Made by a program: the position numbers and the translations under genes
Notes under the pieces: generated by a model
Seen by the model: the letters and a program-made list of their open reading frames with translations, nothing else
The model's database searches: none
What the model was told of the DNA's origin: nothing
Source: Tubulanus polymorphus
Lineage: Eukaryota; Animalia; Nemertea
Direction of reading: 5' to 3'
DNA: 64,000 nucleotides
Assembly: GCF_964204645.1 (NCBI RefSeq)
Contig: NC_134034.1
Coordinates: forward strand, 744,001-808,000
Part shown: positions 1 through 13,272 of the stretch, one piece after another
How the letters are laid out: each line of letters opens with the position of its first letter
Position numbering within the stretch: position 1 is the stretch's first letter

Positions 1-100
1 CGTGTTGCACGCGCTATTTCAATTCTAACTCTGTATCGTGATCATTAGCAATTTCTGGACCCAGTTCCGAATCTTTGCCTCGAGGATTTTAAAAAAGAAC

Positions 101-439
101 GAGAAGGTCGTCATTAGTAACTAATTATAATTTTACTGAATCGTTGAAGTCATTGAGAATGAGAAGGTCGTCATTAGTAACTAATTATAATTTTACTGAA
201 TCGTTGAAGTTGTCGAGAATGACAAGGTCGTCATTAGTAACTAATTATAATTTTACTGAATCGTTGAACTCATCGAGAATGAGAAGGTCGTCATTAGTAA
301 TTAATCATACTTTTACTGAATCGTTGAAGTCGTCGAGAATGAGAAGGTCGTCATTAGTAACTAATCATAATTTTACTGAATCGTTGAAGTCATCGACAAT
401 GAGAAGGTCGTCATTAGTAACTAATCATAATTTTACTGA
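101..439. repeat. 60-bp tandem repeat, ~5.6 copies
   Basis: Unit gagaaggtcgtcattagtaactaatyataattttactgaatcgttgaagtcrtcgagaat recurs every 60 nt; explains the repetitive ORF 144..443. Confidence 0.95.
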
Positions 440-1939
440 CTAATCGTGATTTCACCAAAGAAGGCCAATTTCATATAGATATAGCTTGTAAAATACAAGA
501 TTAAGACGATTAGAATCAGTTTTTAGATAGCTTCAAGTAAAGAAAAAGTCAAAAGTTAAAAGTAAGTCGACCCACATATTTTACCTGTCTCTGCGTCGTG
601 TCCCGCTCTCTATTCAACGTTAATATGATTAAATCCTAAATCCCGTTTAAATCCTATTCAAACGTTTAACAAAACGTCAAATTCAATTCAAACGCGTTTA
701 ACGCGTAATAAAAACGTTTGCCTTAACTTTACAACCCGATATTAGTTTATAGCCTTTTCCTAATTATCGCTAATGTTTCGTTGGTGTCTTTGATTAGTGT
801 TAGTCGATGTCGTCCTGTCATAAAAACTAGTTCTAATGTGGTCAGTTTTATGATAGTCTTTAACTATTATTAGAGACATTCATTGTGATTTACTGAAGTG
901 CCATAGCTGCGGGAAGGGGGTTGGGGTGCAGATTGCGAGTCACTGGCGCCACTTTTGTTTCAAACTAACTCAAATTCAGTTCCACAGTTCTGCAATAAGT
1001 TCTTCATTTGACTCCAGAAAAACAACAATATCTGTGCTTCGATTTCCGATTTCAAAACGAAACCCCCTGTATCGATCCCGGCAGGTGTGTGGTCGGTTTG
1101 TAGGGACACCATCAAACAAATCAAACGAAATCTACCAAACGAATAAATAACAAGGTCAATCCCTATTTCAAGATAAAAAAAATTTCGAATAAAATTAACT
1201 CAAACTAGAGTGAAACTGGGGAGTGAAACCCGGGAGTGAAACCGGCCAGAACTGTGAAACCAGATCATGATTTAAAAACGATATATATCATAGTATATAC
1301 TTATTACTCATCACAGTTGTACAAACTGGTCTGATGGGAAAAATAATTTTACAATAGTTTTACAGATGGCAGTCTACTGACGACTGCGGAATAAGAGTAT
1401 GACAAAAGGTTATGTTATAGGTTAAACATCATACAGAGATGATTAATTTTCTGATATATAATTCTAGAACTGTAGAGTGGTCATTAGTACAAATTGACGA
1501 CGAACTGGTTTTTAGAAGGAATTAGCTTCCTTATTTTCTAGCGATTTCCCACGCAATAAAACTGTCAACTGAACACAATAAACTCGAATTGAATATAACA
1601 GAATTCACGCGGTGCTCATACATATATCATTAATATATACGTCAACTTCCTGGTTCGCGGTGAATTCATTTAAAAACCGTCAAGGCGTATAAAAATAACA
1701 CCGAGCTATAGTCGTTAGATTTGATCGATTACAATAAACATTAACAACGGGTCAACTACAGGAGATTATTATTAAAAAGGTCACGTACGCACATCAAACG
1801 GCACCCTTAACCGTAAATCCACCTGATGTGGTTCAGGGGGTACTATCACACCAGGAAAGTGCTCAGGTGCTCTCTGAAAAATATCCTTTGAATACAAAAT
1901 CTAAGTCCAGAATATTCAGAAATATTGTGTCCCATTGCT

Positions 1940-2630
1940 AGTGGTCAGTTACAGATCCTGGTGATCAGTTGCGGTTCCTAGGGGTCAGTTACATATCCTA
2001 GTGGTCAGTTGCGGTTGCTAGGGGTCAGTTACATATCCTGGGGGTCAGTTACAGTTCCTAGGGGTCAGTTACATATCCTGGGCCACCTTCGGTTATCTGA
2101 GTTAGTCGACTATAGTCGAACTAAACGAAACCGAATGTCCGTTAGTCGGAACTATATTCCGGAAATAGTAAGAAAATTAAGCGCATTCGGTTATTAGTTC
2201 CGACCACTAGTCGACTAGATACGAAACCCGAATTTGGCCCTGGTGGTCAGTGACGGTTCCTAAGGGTCAGTTACATATCCTAGTTGTCATGTTCGGTTCC
2301 TAGGGGTCAGTTACAGATCCTGGTGGTCAGTTACAGTTCCTAGGGGTCAGTTACAGATCCTGGTGGTCAGTTACAGTTCCTAGGGGTCAGTTACATATCC
2401 TGGTGGTCAGTTACAGTTCCTAGGGGGCAGTTACATATCCTGGTGGTCAGTGACGGTTCCTAGGGGTCAGTTACATATCCTGGTGGTCAGTGACGGTTCC
2501 TAAGGGTCAGTTACATATCGTAGTTGTCATGTTCGGTTCCTAGGGGTCAGTTACAGATCCTGGTGGTCAGTTACGGTTCCTAGACACATGTTACAAACCC
2601 TAATGGTCAGTTTTGGTTCCCAGTGGTCAA
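1940..2630. repeat. 20-bp (40-bp dimeric) minisatellite interrupted by a MITE
   Basis: Alternating units cctaggggtcagttacakat / cctggtggtcagttacrgtt; array is split by the insertion at 2081-2239. Confidence 0.9.
2081..2239. mobile_element. Palindromic MITE (PIF/Harbinger-like) with CTG target-site duplication
   Basis: Ends GGCCA...TGGCC, long internal inverted repeats (tagtcgacta, aactaa/ttagtt, accgaatg/cattcggt), CTG at 2078-2080 and 2240-2242; removing it restores the minisatellite unit. Confidence 0.8.
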
Positions 2631-3151
2631 TTGTTGTAGAGGCTAGCTAGTGGTCAGTTACGTTTCCTGATGGAATCTTGACCGTATAGATATTGCTCCA
2701 TAGCAGCAGCAGCAGAGTCAGTGAGCGCTGGCCTGAATAACTAGGTTCCCTGCCCTCCTTTACACAGCTGTGACGCTGTTTTCTATAATAACCCGCTAGG
2801 AGACCCGGTCTCCACAGCTGCGAACCCAACACACTGCGAAATAACGTGTAAAATGCACAATTTATACAAATTGTCACATGAAAGATAAGATTAATGAGTT
2901 TTTTCAATGCGACACATGTGGCCTGTGAACCACAACGCTGGATCGTATAAACAGCTGTTCGCTATAATTATTGATAAATTATGCGCGACATTTTTAAAGC
3001 ACTAAAACAAACTTAAATGAATAAATACGAAATCGATTGCCATTTTTGATTCCTCACATGACGTCACCATATCATAATGGTATCTTTTTTATCGAGTTTT
3101 TCTAATCTATATATGATCAAACCTAATTAAGTTACTTGTTTTAGAGATCTG

Positions 3152-3222
3152 GGGCCGGTTTCACAAAGCATAATAAACTTTAATCATGATTAAGGGTTAA
3201 TTAGGTTTTGTGAAACCGGCCC
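3152..3222. mobile_element. 71-bp MITE, 16-bp TIR, CTG TSD
   Basis: gggccggtttcacaaa ... tttgtgaaaccggccc flanked by ctg on both sides. Confidence 0.8.
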
Positions 3223-4182
3223 CTGTGATATTCTTTCAACTTAAACGTGTAGTGGTTCTTTAACTAAGTATACAATCTATCTTTCTTTTTACCGGAACGG
3301 TTTTTGTGCGTGTGTCGACCGACGACGTAAAACCTGTTCTACGCGAGACGAGGCCGGAATCATCGCAGTAAAAACCAGCACGTCGTCCCGGAGGTCGTTG
3401 TTAGGTTCGTTCATTGCCGAGTTACGGAACTATTGACGGCGGTGATGGGGAGTTTTGAAGTACCGTCTGTCCGCACATTAAATAAAGCCGTCTGCTGTGG
3501 TTAGGAAGTGAGTGAATGTGTATTTTGTCGTGTTACACGACGATATAAAATGAAACACACGAAACGCATTGTATGCCGGTAATGACCGCGGCAGTGATTG
3601 ATTCCCGCTGGGATTTCCCCGGTAATTCCGCCATCCGGGTCTTAATCTTATATATCGCTTGATTGCTTCTTGAGAGAGACCCGCGCCGAATCCTGTACGC
3701 GACACCAGCAGAACTTGTCCTAGAAATGTCGAGATATTCGATCTTGGGAAAAATAGTGGAATAATTCAACCTCTGGTTGATTGATCGATTCTATTCGACA
3801 CACGGTGGCGTTAGAAAAACGTTTTCGACTACACTAAATGTTTTTTTTTGCAAATCAAGCAGGTGCTTGTTTCGTTTGTCTGTTCGGTGTTTTGAGTTAT
3901 GACTCCTCCGCACACGGCGTAACGGAACACGAATCGAGGACGTTTTCTATGGCAAAAAAACGTTTATTCCTCGCCGTGTGCGCGTTGGAATGAAGGGGTT
4001 ATGTCCGTTTCTTTTTAAATTTCTTTGTCGTTTTCCACACGGCTGCTGTCGGGTTTTTTGTAAAGTCACCCCGAGAAAGCGAGCTATAGTCGCATGGCGA
4101 TAGACAGGTGTTATAACCTGCAGTAAGTTTGCGATTGCTAACAGAACCAAATTTCAGCCACATCTCGAAATAAAGCGAACAG

Positions 4183-4372
4183 GATCCAGTTCCACAGTTC
4201 CGAGTTAAGATTTAACTCAGAGATAACTCATTGAAAATGAACCGATCTTAACCCAGAGTTAACTTTAACTCAGAACTGTGGAACTGGATCCTGAGTTCAC
4301 AGTTAACTCTAACTCACAACTGTAGAACTGGATCCCGAGTTCAGAGTTAACTCTAACTCCTGTGGAACTGGA
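4183..4372. mobile_element. MITE of the GATCCAGTTCCACAG-TIR family plus two extra right-end units
   Basis: gatccagttccacagtt ... aactgtggaactggatc with CWG flanks; related copies at ~28730-28833, 32834-32943, 37347-37454. Confidence 0.75.
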
Positions 4373-5555
4373 GAATTTTTCCAGAATCAATTATTATTAT
4401 TTTTGCTTCTATTGACGACGATGAAAGAATCGTGGCAGAAAATGACGTATTATATTCTAGTTGTAACCACTAGTTACGCACGAGTGATTTATTCTCAGAG
4501 GGGGATCTCGACAATTGGCATTTCCGGCTGATAACGCTCCAGCGAACAAGCGAGCCTTACTTACATTCAGCGCCCCCTAGGGAGCTAAGGTGGAATAATC
4601 GAGCCGAACGAACGATGCAGATTCGATATAGAATGATTACGTGCACGTGGACGGTGACTAGTGGCGTCCCCTGTGGATTGGAATCAACATTAAGTGCTGG
4701 AATTGAGTTTCCCGATCGGTGCAGGTGAGAATGGAAATGAGAGAGGACGGCACACAGACTAACTGACTACTGATCGTGACCTAACTGAACCTAATGATGA
4801 GGCCCTCACTCGGCATCCAGCTCGAACAACCTGCTAGAGCCTGCGACCCTTCAGACAATCTGTAGCCTGGAACCTGCACCCATTCAGACAATCTGCAGCC
4901 TGTAACCTGCACCCATTCAAACAATCTGCAGTCTAGAGTCTGCAGCCTTTCAGACAATCTGCAGCCTAAGCCCCAACCTATTTACATTTCAAAGCCTGAA
5001 TGATTACTTATTTTAAAGTTTACTGACAAAATGTCTAATATCTGGTGCTTGTAGTTCATTTTCAATTAAAAATGTAATGTGCTAATGTATTAGGTGAAGC
5101 CCTGAACACATGTGAAGTGTGGATGATCAGTGTTTGAAAGTGTGCTGATAAAGTTTCTGATGTCTAATTTTTGCAGTCTATTTTCAATGGACTATGTCTC
5201 ACGTGAAGCACTGAACACATGTGAAATGTGAATGAGAATCAAGACGCGCGGCATCCGTTCCTCTAACCCTGCGAATTAGAAATCCGTATGACTTTCGCGC
5301 CACCAATCGCATTCATTCCTGCGCAATGAAACATGAATTGATCATGATTTAAAAAGAAAAAAAATGAATTTTCATTAATGTCGATCTGGAGGCCATTTTC
5401 TCATCGAGCGACAACTGAAATTAACGGATGAAAAATCTCGGTAAATTGGGTTTTATTTGCTCCGGTAAAAAACTGCTCCGAATAAAAAACCGTTACGAAT
5501 TCTACTCGCACCGGAAATGGTTTAATACGCGACGATAAATAATCTCAACGAGACT

Positions 5556-5585
5556 ACTTCCGGTTGAGATGGGCGCCGCCATTTT
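5556..5585 (-). promoter_or_regulatory. ETS + YY1 motif pair, possible promoter of a minus-strand transcript
   Basis: acttccggt (5556-5564) and gccgccatttt (5575-5585) in a CpG-rich patch; no downstream gene model could be built. Confidence 0.35.
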
Positions 5586-5685
5586 GTGCACGACACGCGA
5601 ACGCCGGCCGAGTTGATGGAAAATCAATAATGGGTTTTTACTCTGGTTACTGATTTTGTAAAAATTAAATTTGTTATTTACCAAA

Positions 5686-5957
5686 GGCCCAGTTGCACAG
5701 TCATGGCTTGGATTCATAAGATCAGTATCCTGGTTTTATAGCCAATCTAACAACTTAAGACCAGTCTAAGACCAAGTTCTATAACGAAATTGACAACTTG
5801 AGATAAGTCTAAGCTAGCCAATCTAACAGCTTAAAACCAGTCTAAGCTCATTTTGGTTCTATAGCCAATCTAGCGACTAAAGACCAGTCTAAACTCATTC
5901 TGGTTCTACAACCAATCTAACAAGATAAGACCAGTCGTATGACTTCGTCGCAACTGT
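5686..5957. mobile_element. MITE-like element with internal 47-bp subrepeats
   Basis: ggcccagttgcacagtcatggct...gcaactg ends enclosing ctaacaacttaagaccagtctaagctcattttggttctatagccaat units; related pieces at ~9800-9990, ~19320-19420, 27165-28110, ~33181-33585. Confidence 0.6.
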
Positions 5958-6758
5958 TCCAATTTCAAAAAGTTGACCCTAAGACAGATCTGCTCTTCAG
6001 GTTAAGGTCATGACCGTTTATCCGTCTTCTAGTTTAATGAATCAAGTCATTTCCCGGGTGGTTTAAAAGGTTCTATTTGTGTAAGTCGACTGCGAACTGT
6101 AGTTTCAGTGATGGACAATCATCTCAAACGACCTCCATTAATTGAGAGACAACAAGTCGTTAACAGCGGTCGCCACCAACATCAACAACAACAGCAGCAG
6201 CAGCAGCAGCAGCTCCAGCAATTCGGCGTATGTTTGTTGTTTACAGCGAGTAAAACCGGAAATCAATTCACCGGCTCTTATCGTCTGCTCGCGATAACCA
6301 GCTAGATCCGTCTGTCTGTGATTGAGGGAGAGGGAGATGGATCAATGGACGAGAAGGCAATGTTCAAATAAATGTACAATTAACCGCCGAAAAACAAAAT
6401 CAAGCTGATGTGAGTTGTTTATATATACCACTAGATCAATGTACAATCAACACAGGTTCCATAGTTGCTCAGAAGGTTTAATTCAAAACTGTTTGAAAAT
6501 GATTCAATTCTAACTCTATAAAAAAATGAACTATATCATATAGACTAGAGAGTATTGCGGTATTCGAGAAACGACGAATACGGAAAACGCATAACGTCTA
6601 ATTCTAGAAAATTCTGTGAAATGTTTATCTAAAATCTGAAAAAAAAATTATATAACTTGTGCAACTGTTTCCTTCGTGTCGGTGTTTAGCAAGTTTAAAT
6701 AATTCGAGGTTACGGTTGAGGGTGATTTTAAAAAGCTATCGGTCCAGGGTTCTGCATG

Positions 6759-7135
6759 TGACTGTCTACCAAACCTGTCTATTTGTTGACTGTCTACCAA
6801 ACCTGTCTATTTGTGGACTGTCCATCAAACCTGTCTATTTGTTGACTGTCTATCAAACCTGTCTATTTGTTGACTGTCTACCAAACCTGTCTATTTGTTG
6901 ACTGTCTACCAAACCTGTCTATTTGTTGACTGTCTATCAAACCTGTCTATTTGTTGACTGTCTATCAAACCTGTCTATTTGTGGACTGTCCATCAAACCT
7001 GTCTATTTGTTGACTGTCCATCAAACCTGTCTATTTGTTGACTGTCCATCAAACCTGTCTATTTGTGGACTGTCCATCAAACCTGTCTATTTGTTGACTG
7101 TCTATCAGACCTGTCTATTGATAGACTGTCTATCA
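6759..7135. repeat. 27-bp minisatellite, ~14 copies
   Basis: Unit tgactgtctatcaaacctgtctatttgt; source of the repetitive ORFs 6659-7305. Confidence 0.95.
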
Positions 7136-8255
7136 ACGTTCAATATAAAACCGATCTGAATTGCCCATCGTACGCAATCTTACTCCAAATCCACCCACTT
7201 AGACTTGATAGAAGATTCAGTCAGTTTGTCTGGTTTATTTTCTTTACGAGTTGTATTTATTTGGCGTCAATCTATCGACCCAGTCTGATCCGAGTTAAAC
7301 ACTAAATCGATAGCTATACGCGGCCGGCCCGGACTCAAGGCTCCCAACTCGACAAAACCGATCGATCGATTAGAAAACACGTTTTCCTGTGGCTGAAGCT
7401 AGGCAGCTTTTTGAAATTACGTAACAATCGAAGCGGCCAAACAAAGTATATCACTTTCGTCGCCTAACCACACAATATAAGCTAAACTGATCCTCAAGTT
7501 TGACAAGGGGTGAACCTAACTCCAATCTATAACCCTCTACTCTAATCTACTTCTCATTGGGGCAATTTATTTCACACACAAAAAAAAACAGTAAAGACTT
7601 GTTGTAAATTGCAGGTTGTTAAAGGGTGATTTAGTTTGTACTTCAAATATCGAGCCGAGCGCCATATGGCTGGCGACGATCTCTCGCGGAATCTCGCAGA
7701 CTCTCGTGAATTACCGCACACTTCGAAATGTAAAACCACTCCGCAATGTTGTAGTAAATGAATTATCAGCAGATATCGTGAGCGAGGATATATTCACGTC
7801 TTGTTTTTATCTGATTTATCGCCGCCGTATAAACGGAATGCGAGATTTTTTCCGCGGTGCCCTCCACGGCGCTCAATGTCTCGTCTCGGTCGCTCTCAAC
7901 GCTCTACAGTTTAAATATTGTTGATTTACGGCGGGATGAAAATCGAGAAAGTTGAAATAGTGAAATAAATATGCACGGTTCGAGTTGTCGAGTCGGTTGC
8001 GGCGGAATATTTGTAATTCCGGTTCCCATCATCGGCGGCTGAGTTGCGGTTTGTTTTACAAGCATGAACAGAATTCTTATGAATTCGTTTTTAGGTGTTC
8101 CTTGGGGTGATTGATGATGATGAACCTGATTAGAAATTCGAATCACTGAGAGGCGGGTATTGTCACCACACCTGACTGGTCACCGCAGGCTAGCACAATG
8201 GGTCACCACACTGACCAGACTGACTTATAAACTCTCCCTTTAAACTACTGAACTA

Positions 8256-8345
8256 TGGTTTAGTGGTTAGCATACTCAACTGTTAAGCTGGAGGTCGACG
8301 GTTCGAGTCCTGCTAGGGTTAGGGTTTTCGGCGAACTGGGGTTAA
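8256..8345 (+). mobile_element. tRNA-derived SINE head / tRNA-Asn-like pseudogene
   Basis: A-box tggtttagtgg, loop ctGTTaa, B-box ggttcgagtcc; acceptor and anticodon stems do not pair well. Confidence 0.6.
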
Positions 8346-9055
8346 GATTGCAGTTACCATATATGGGCCTCTGCACTTGGTTGTGTTCATTTTTGTGATT
8401 AGGAACAATAACTGTTCAAAGTTAATACGCATCCAACGGAGTTGAAATTTTATTCAGGTCTTTAATTAGCTCTTTGAAAATGCAGCTGAAGAGACAAATC
8501 TTTAATACTGTCGAATTATGTCCTTAGTTAAGAGTTAACTGTAACCCGCCGACTATGGAAGTGGATCCTGAGTTCAGAGTTTACTCGAACTCTTACAACT
8601 CTTGAGTTATGTGGTACTGGGTCCTGAAGTATAGAAGATTATGATTGGTATTTGGATGATGACTTGACTCGTCATTTTGTATTCCGCTGGTCGGATCCTA
8701 GCATGTCACTGTGCCCTGACCCAATCAATCAAACCAGTCAGTACCGGTCGGACAGCCGACCACTGAGCGGTAACTTGTTTGAGTGTAATTGATCGGTTAC
8801 CGACGGCTGGAGGGGTCCATTGATTCCCCTTAAGACAATCGGGTTCGAAAAACCGAAATATATCTACGCGTTCTACACAAATAAAGATTGATCACCGAAA
8901 ATATCGATGTATTTAGACTCAGAATTCTGAGCATGATTGTCCCAGATGATTGTCAGCTTTGATTGTCCGATATCATTGTACGGGTCGGTAATGATTGTCC
9001 TTGAAGGTTGTCTGAGAATAAGATCATTGTCTAAGACTTGTGTTCTACAGCTCAG

Positions 9056-9173
9056 GGCCCAGTTTCACGAAAAGGTTTAACTCTTAAATCGATTTAATTT
9101 CTACATTAATTCAGTTAAATTTGTATTTATCTTAAAACGATTAAGGCCTTAATCCTTTTTGTGAAACAGGGCC
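9056..9173. mobile_element. MITE, TIR ggcccwgtttcac, CAG TSD
   Basis: cag|ggcccagtttcacgaaaagg ... cctttttgtgaaacagggcc|cag; same TIR family as 3152-3222. Confidence 0.8.
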
Positions 9174-10104
9174 CAGAACTGAAAAAGAACTGATCTTAAC
9201 GAGTTTTTTAAACTTTATAACTCACAGCACTGTAGTACTGATTGTCTGTAGAGTGATTGTCCAGTAGCGAGACGATTGTCAACATAATTGTGGAATTTTT
9301 TAAGAAATTGATAAACGGATTAAGACAAGGCATCAAAGATGATCTTAAATCTTCGATGATATCCGAACCCGCGGAGGGAAACTCAAACTCAAAATCTATA
9401 TCTAATCTCTGATTTAATTTAACGTCTAGACGCAGATCCTTCATTAAAATTCAGGACACGAATCGCGTTTATTTGATTCAATCAAATCAAATCAGAAAAA
9501 AGTAAAATTTCTAGAAAACAAAAATTCTCGTTCCAGTCGCAAGCCGTAAAAATGTCATTGTTTGAAAAATATACTGACATTCAACACCGTAAATTCTTAA
9601 AAGAATTGTTTCTAATCATTTTCGTGGCAATAGTCGAATGTTTTTCTACAAGAAACGTTTGTCTCAACTCGACGGTCATCAAATCTTGCGTTTTCTCCAA
9701 TGAAAATACATCAAATTCTAGAACGCAGTTTCTTTTAGATTTCTTACGATTGAACAAGAGAAATCATCAGTGAAATTGGCTTAGTGAAATTGATTATCGG
9801 CCCAGTTGACGTAGATTCTAAAATGAGCTTAGACTGGTCTTAGTTAGTTGTTAGATTGGCCATAGAACCAAAATGAGCTCAGACTATGGCCTTGCTGTGC
9901 CTTGGGTTTTAAATGTTCTTGTTGTAAGATTGACTTAAGAACTAAGAAAGTCTTAGACGGGTCTTAAAGCTAAGCCATGACTGGTGTAACTGGAGTCTGG
10001 AGCGCTAAATGACTGCTGGGGCTAAATGTCTGGTTTCCTCAAGTTTAGACGCATTACTTTATGCACTGATGTCAGGAGTTTTTTTAATTCAACACCCTTC
10101 GACC

Positions 10105-10264
10105 CGTCTCCCTCCCTGTCCCTCCCCTCTCTCCTCTCCCTATCCCTTACTCTCCCTCTCTCCCCCTCTCTTTCACTCTCTCCCTCTCTCTCTCTCCCTC
10201 TCTCTCTCTTTATCCCTCCTCCTCTGCTCCCTCTCTCTTTCTCCCCCCTCTCTCTCTTCTTCTC
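10105..10264. repeat. CT-rich polypyrimidine tract
   Basis: Degenerate (CT)n; similar tracts at 14220-14580, 17510-17730, 30757-31045 and GA-rich at 51126-51200 / 60909-60983. Confidence 0.9.
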
Positions 10265-11004
10265 ACGGATGAATTGTTTTAAGCCGATTGGAATCATGTT
10301 TCCGCAGTGATGCACGATACAAGGTCAACTCATCCGGGGGCCGTCAGCTCCACACACACGCGAGCTCCACTCTTCAGCGGAATATCGCGCAAACTAGAAC
10401 TACAGTTATAATCGCCTTAACCGCGCGCGCGCGCGATACGACGGGGTTTCAACGACCGATTCGAAGGCGATTTAAACGTTTAACCTGACTACAACTAATA
10501 GGTTTATGAGTTGAATCACGCGACGCAATTGAATTAATTCCGAAATCGCTTTTCCGAACTAGAATTTGATGGCGATTCTCCCTGATGCGTCAAAAACAAA
10601 TTCGGGTTCATTGACCGCGCAGTAACGAGGGAGGCTGCAGCATTCTGAGAGTACCCCTCCACCCCGTCAGCCCCGCCACCATTACCTGCTGCTTACACAA
10701 TCACCCCTACTCAAAAGCAAATTAAATATTTATTCCTAGTAAATGGAAAGCGAAACGAAAGGGTAAACACTCGTTAAAGCCGGATAAACCTAATAGAATA
10801 CAACTTATCCTTCCTGCTTATCCTGCCACTTATCCGGGGCATGATGAGATCAGCTCAATGATTGTTTAGTGAACGGTTTAAATGTTTACCTGGTGGGTTC
10901 AAACCACAATAAACAGTAACACTGACTCGCCGCACAGACTCTGACAGTCGAGACGATGACCCGGACACAAAGCTACTCTGGCAGTCAAGCATGACTTCTG
11001 ACAA

Positions 11005-11256
11005 CGGTTGCAGTCGAGGGTGACTCCGGACAGTGTAACTGTGGCAGTCGAGAATGACTCCGGGATGTCTTACTGTGGCAGTCGAGGATGACTCCGGGAA
11101 GTGTTACTGTTGCAGTCGAGGATGACTCCGGGATGTCTTACTGTGGCAGTCGAGGATGACTCCGGGACGTCTTACTGTGGCAGTCGAGGATGACTCCGGG
11201 AAGTGTTACAGTGGCAGTTGAGGATGACTCCGGGAAGTGTTACTGTGGCAGTCGAG
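11005..11256. repeat. 34-bp minisatellite, ~7 copies
   Basis: Unit gtggcagtcgaggatgactccgggawgtsttact. Confidence 0.9.
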
Positions 11257-13184
11257 CGGGGGTGGATGTGTCTCTGCGGATGGCTGCTCGGTTTCTATCA
11301 GACGACGATCTCGTTCTCGGTTAATTACAACAATCGTGACGGTTAATTAGACTTTATTAGTAACAGTAATCAACTGAAAATAATTGCTATTTTCCCAAAC
11401 ACAGTCGCTGAGTACCCGGATGAGTACCCCCATGAGTACATCTATGAGTACCCTTCACCCACTCGCCAGGAATTCAAATAGCAATAAGATTATACACTCC
11501 GATAAGATGTAGTTATAATTATAGGCTCTCTATCTAGCTCTGTATCGATGCTCTTTTCTCCAGTCCCCGTCAATCTAAGGTTTGTTTAAACTGATTATTC
11601 ATCAATACTTGATGCGCATCTCCCGTAAACAAATCGTACATTAGAATGCGTTTCGCATCGAATCTGAATCCGATCTAGAATTATGAAATCGTATTTATCC
11701 CTGCTGAAGATCTGTAAAATTATCATATATTCAAATTATGCCTTTTACTATGCAAATTTATTCAATATTTCTCAGATAAAAACGGACGAAAACTTCTTGC
11801 GAGAAAGAAAATCTAATATTTAGAGATTATCTGATCATTTGTTATGAATAAATGGAAATTAGAAGACTCGGATTCTTGGCGAACTCATTTCATAGATGTG
11901 GCGGCCCCTAGTGACTAGAACAGTCACTATAGAAAAAATCTATCAATCTGTTATTATCAATATATTATTAATATTATTATCTATCAAAGCTACGTAGCAA
12001 CTCCTTGTGACTAGAACAGACACTGGGATTATTGTTGAGCCCTCTTACAGCTTTGGCGACCCCTAGTGACTAGAACAGACATTATGGTTCTCTGGGAACT
12101 TCCCTCACAGCTGTGGTGACCCCAGCAGCAGCAGCAGCCAGTGACGGGCGGTCGGCAGCGGTTTAAGTAGGTGTGTAATTCATTAAATCTGGTGATGTTG
12201 TGTTGATGACAATTTGAAGATGCCGCCACCGCCGCCGCCGCGGGAGCCTGGGGAGTAATTTGACATTTAATGACGTACGACCAGTTTCATTGTTTAAATT
12301 CCACGATTACTCCGTCAGAACATACGCATACACTCACACGAGGAGCAGACGATCTCAATGATTCAAAAAACAAAACGTAACCGATGATAATCGATCATGC
12401 CTGCTCGAAAACAACATCTCAAGATGGCGCCATTTTATTCCGGATGCTGGACAGACGAACTTATGATTGATAATTCGCCTTTCCGTGAAATAAACTTGAA
12501 TTTGAATATCAATGTGAAATTGTAGTTGTGCTACTTGTATTTGGACATCAGTCGCGTTCATGTTGGCCTACTTCGACTTGTATTTGTAATTCAACTTTAG
12601 AATTTGAACTTGAATTTGAACCTGGACTTGTAGTTGTACTGGATTTTACCCCACACGACTTTTGCGCGGATCGAAGCTGAACAAGTGATTGAAGAACCCA
12701 GATGCCACAGACCGGCGAATAATGTCACAGGCGACCACGAGCTCCTTTACAATATCGCGTATATAGAACGCATAGGTTTCCCTCGTGGAATCCACGCGTA
12801 AAGTGAAACCATTTAACACCGGACACAGATGATTGTAATAAGCCATAAATAAATATGAGTCGATGTGTATTTATACGTGATATAAAGGAAGGCCTTTAAT
12901 TTATTTATGTAGAGATAAGTATAGCGTTGTAAGTCCTGTTTGCTCCGGCGCTGGTGCACAGGAAGAACAAAGCGAGCAAGGTACGTGAGAGTGCAGAGAA
13001 ATGACCGTGACATTCAATGCAATCCCGGATGAAATACTAACCCGATAAAGTGTGTAAACTTGATGCATTATTAAACAATGTAAACACACTAGGCTATGAG
13101 AACTAAACCAGATAGCTAAACCAGATACTTTTGAAATAAGCTTTTTAATAACGATTGTAACTGGATTATCAGCTGGTCAGTTCG

Positions 13185-13272
13185 TCGACTGCTGATTGTC
13201 AGCTGCCGACTGTCGACTGCTGATTGTCGACTGCTGATTGTCGACTGCTGATTGTCGGCTGCTGATTGTCGG
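13185..13272. repeat. 14-bp tandem repeat
   Basis: Unit tgtcgactgctgat, ~6 copies. Confidence 0.85.

Noticed and set aside
144-443. 99-aa repetitive ORF
   Set aside because: Translation of a 60-bp tandem repeat; no splice context or recognisable domain.
6108-6305. Poly-Gln ORF
   Set aside because: CAA/CAG microsatellite in a short GTG-started ORF; no domain or linked exons found.
6460-6480. Partial resemblance to miR-315 (gttgctcagaagg)
   Set aside because: Seed region does not match and there is no hairpin.
8256-8330. Functional tRNA genes at 8256, ~38000 (-), ~41550, 45677, ~47170 and 51761
   Set aside because: A/B boxes present but cloverleaf stems are broken; treated as SINE heads or pseudogenes. 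tRNAscan-SE would decide.
8930-9290. Cluster of gattgtc motifs (miR-219-like 5' end)
   Set aside because: No full mature sequence or hairpin; looks like a decayed simple repeat.
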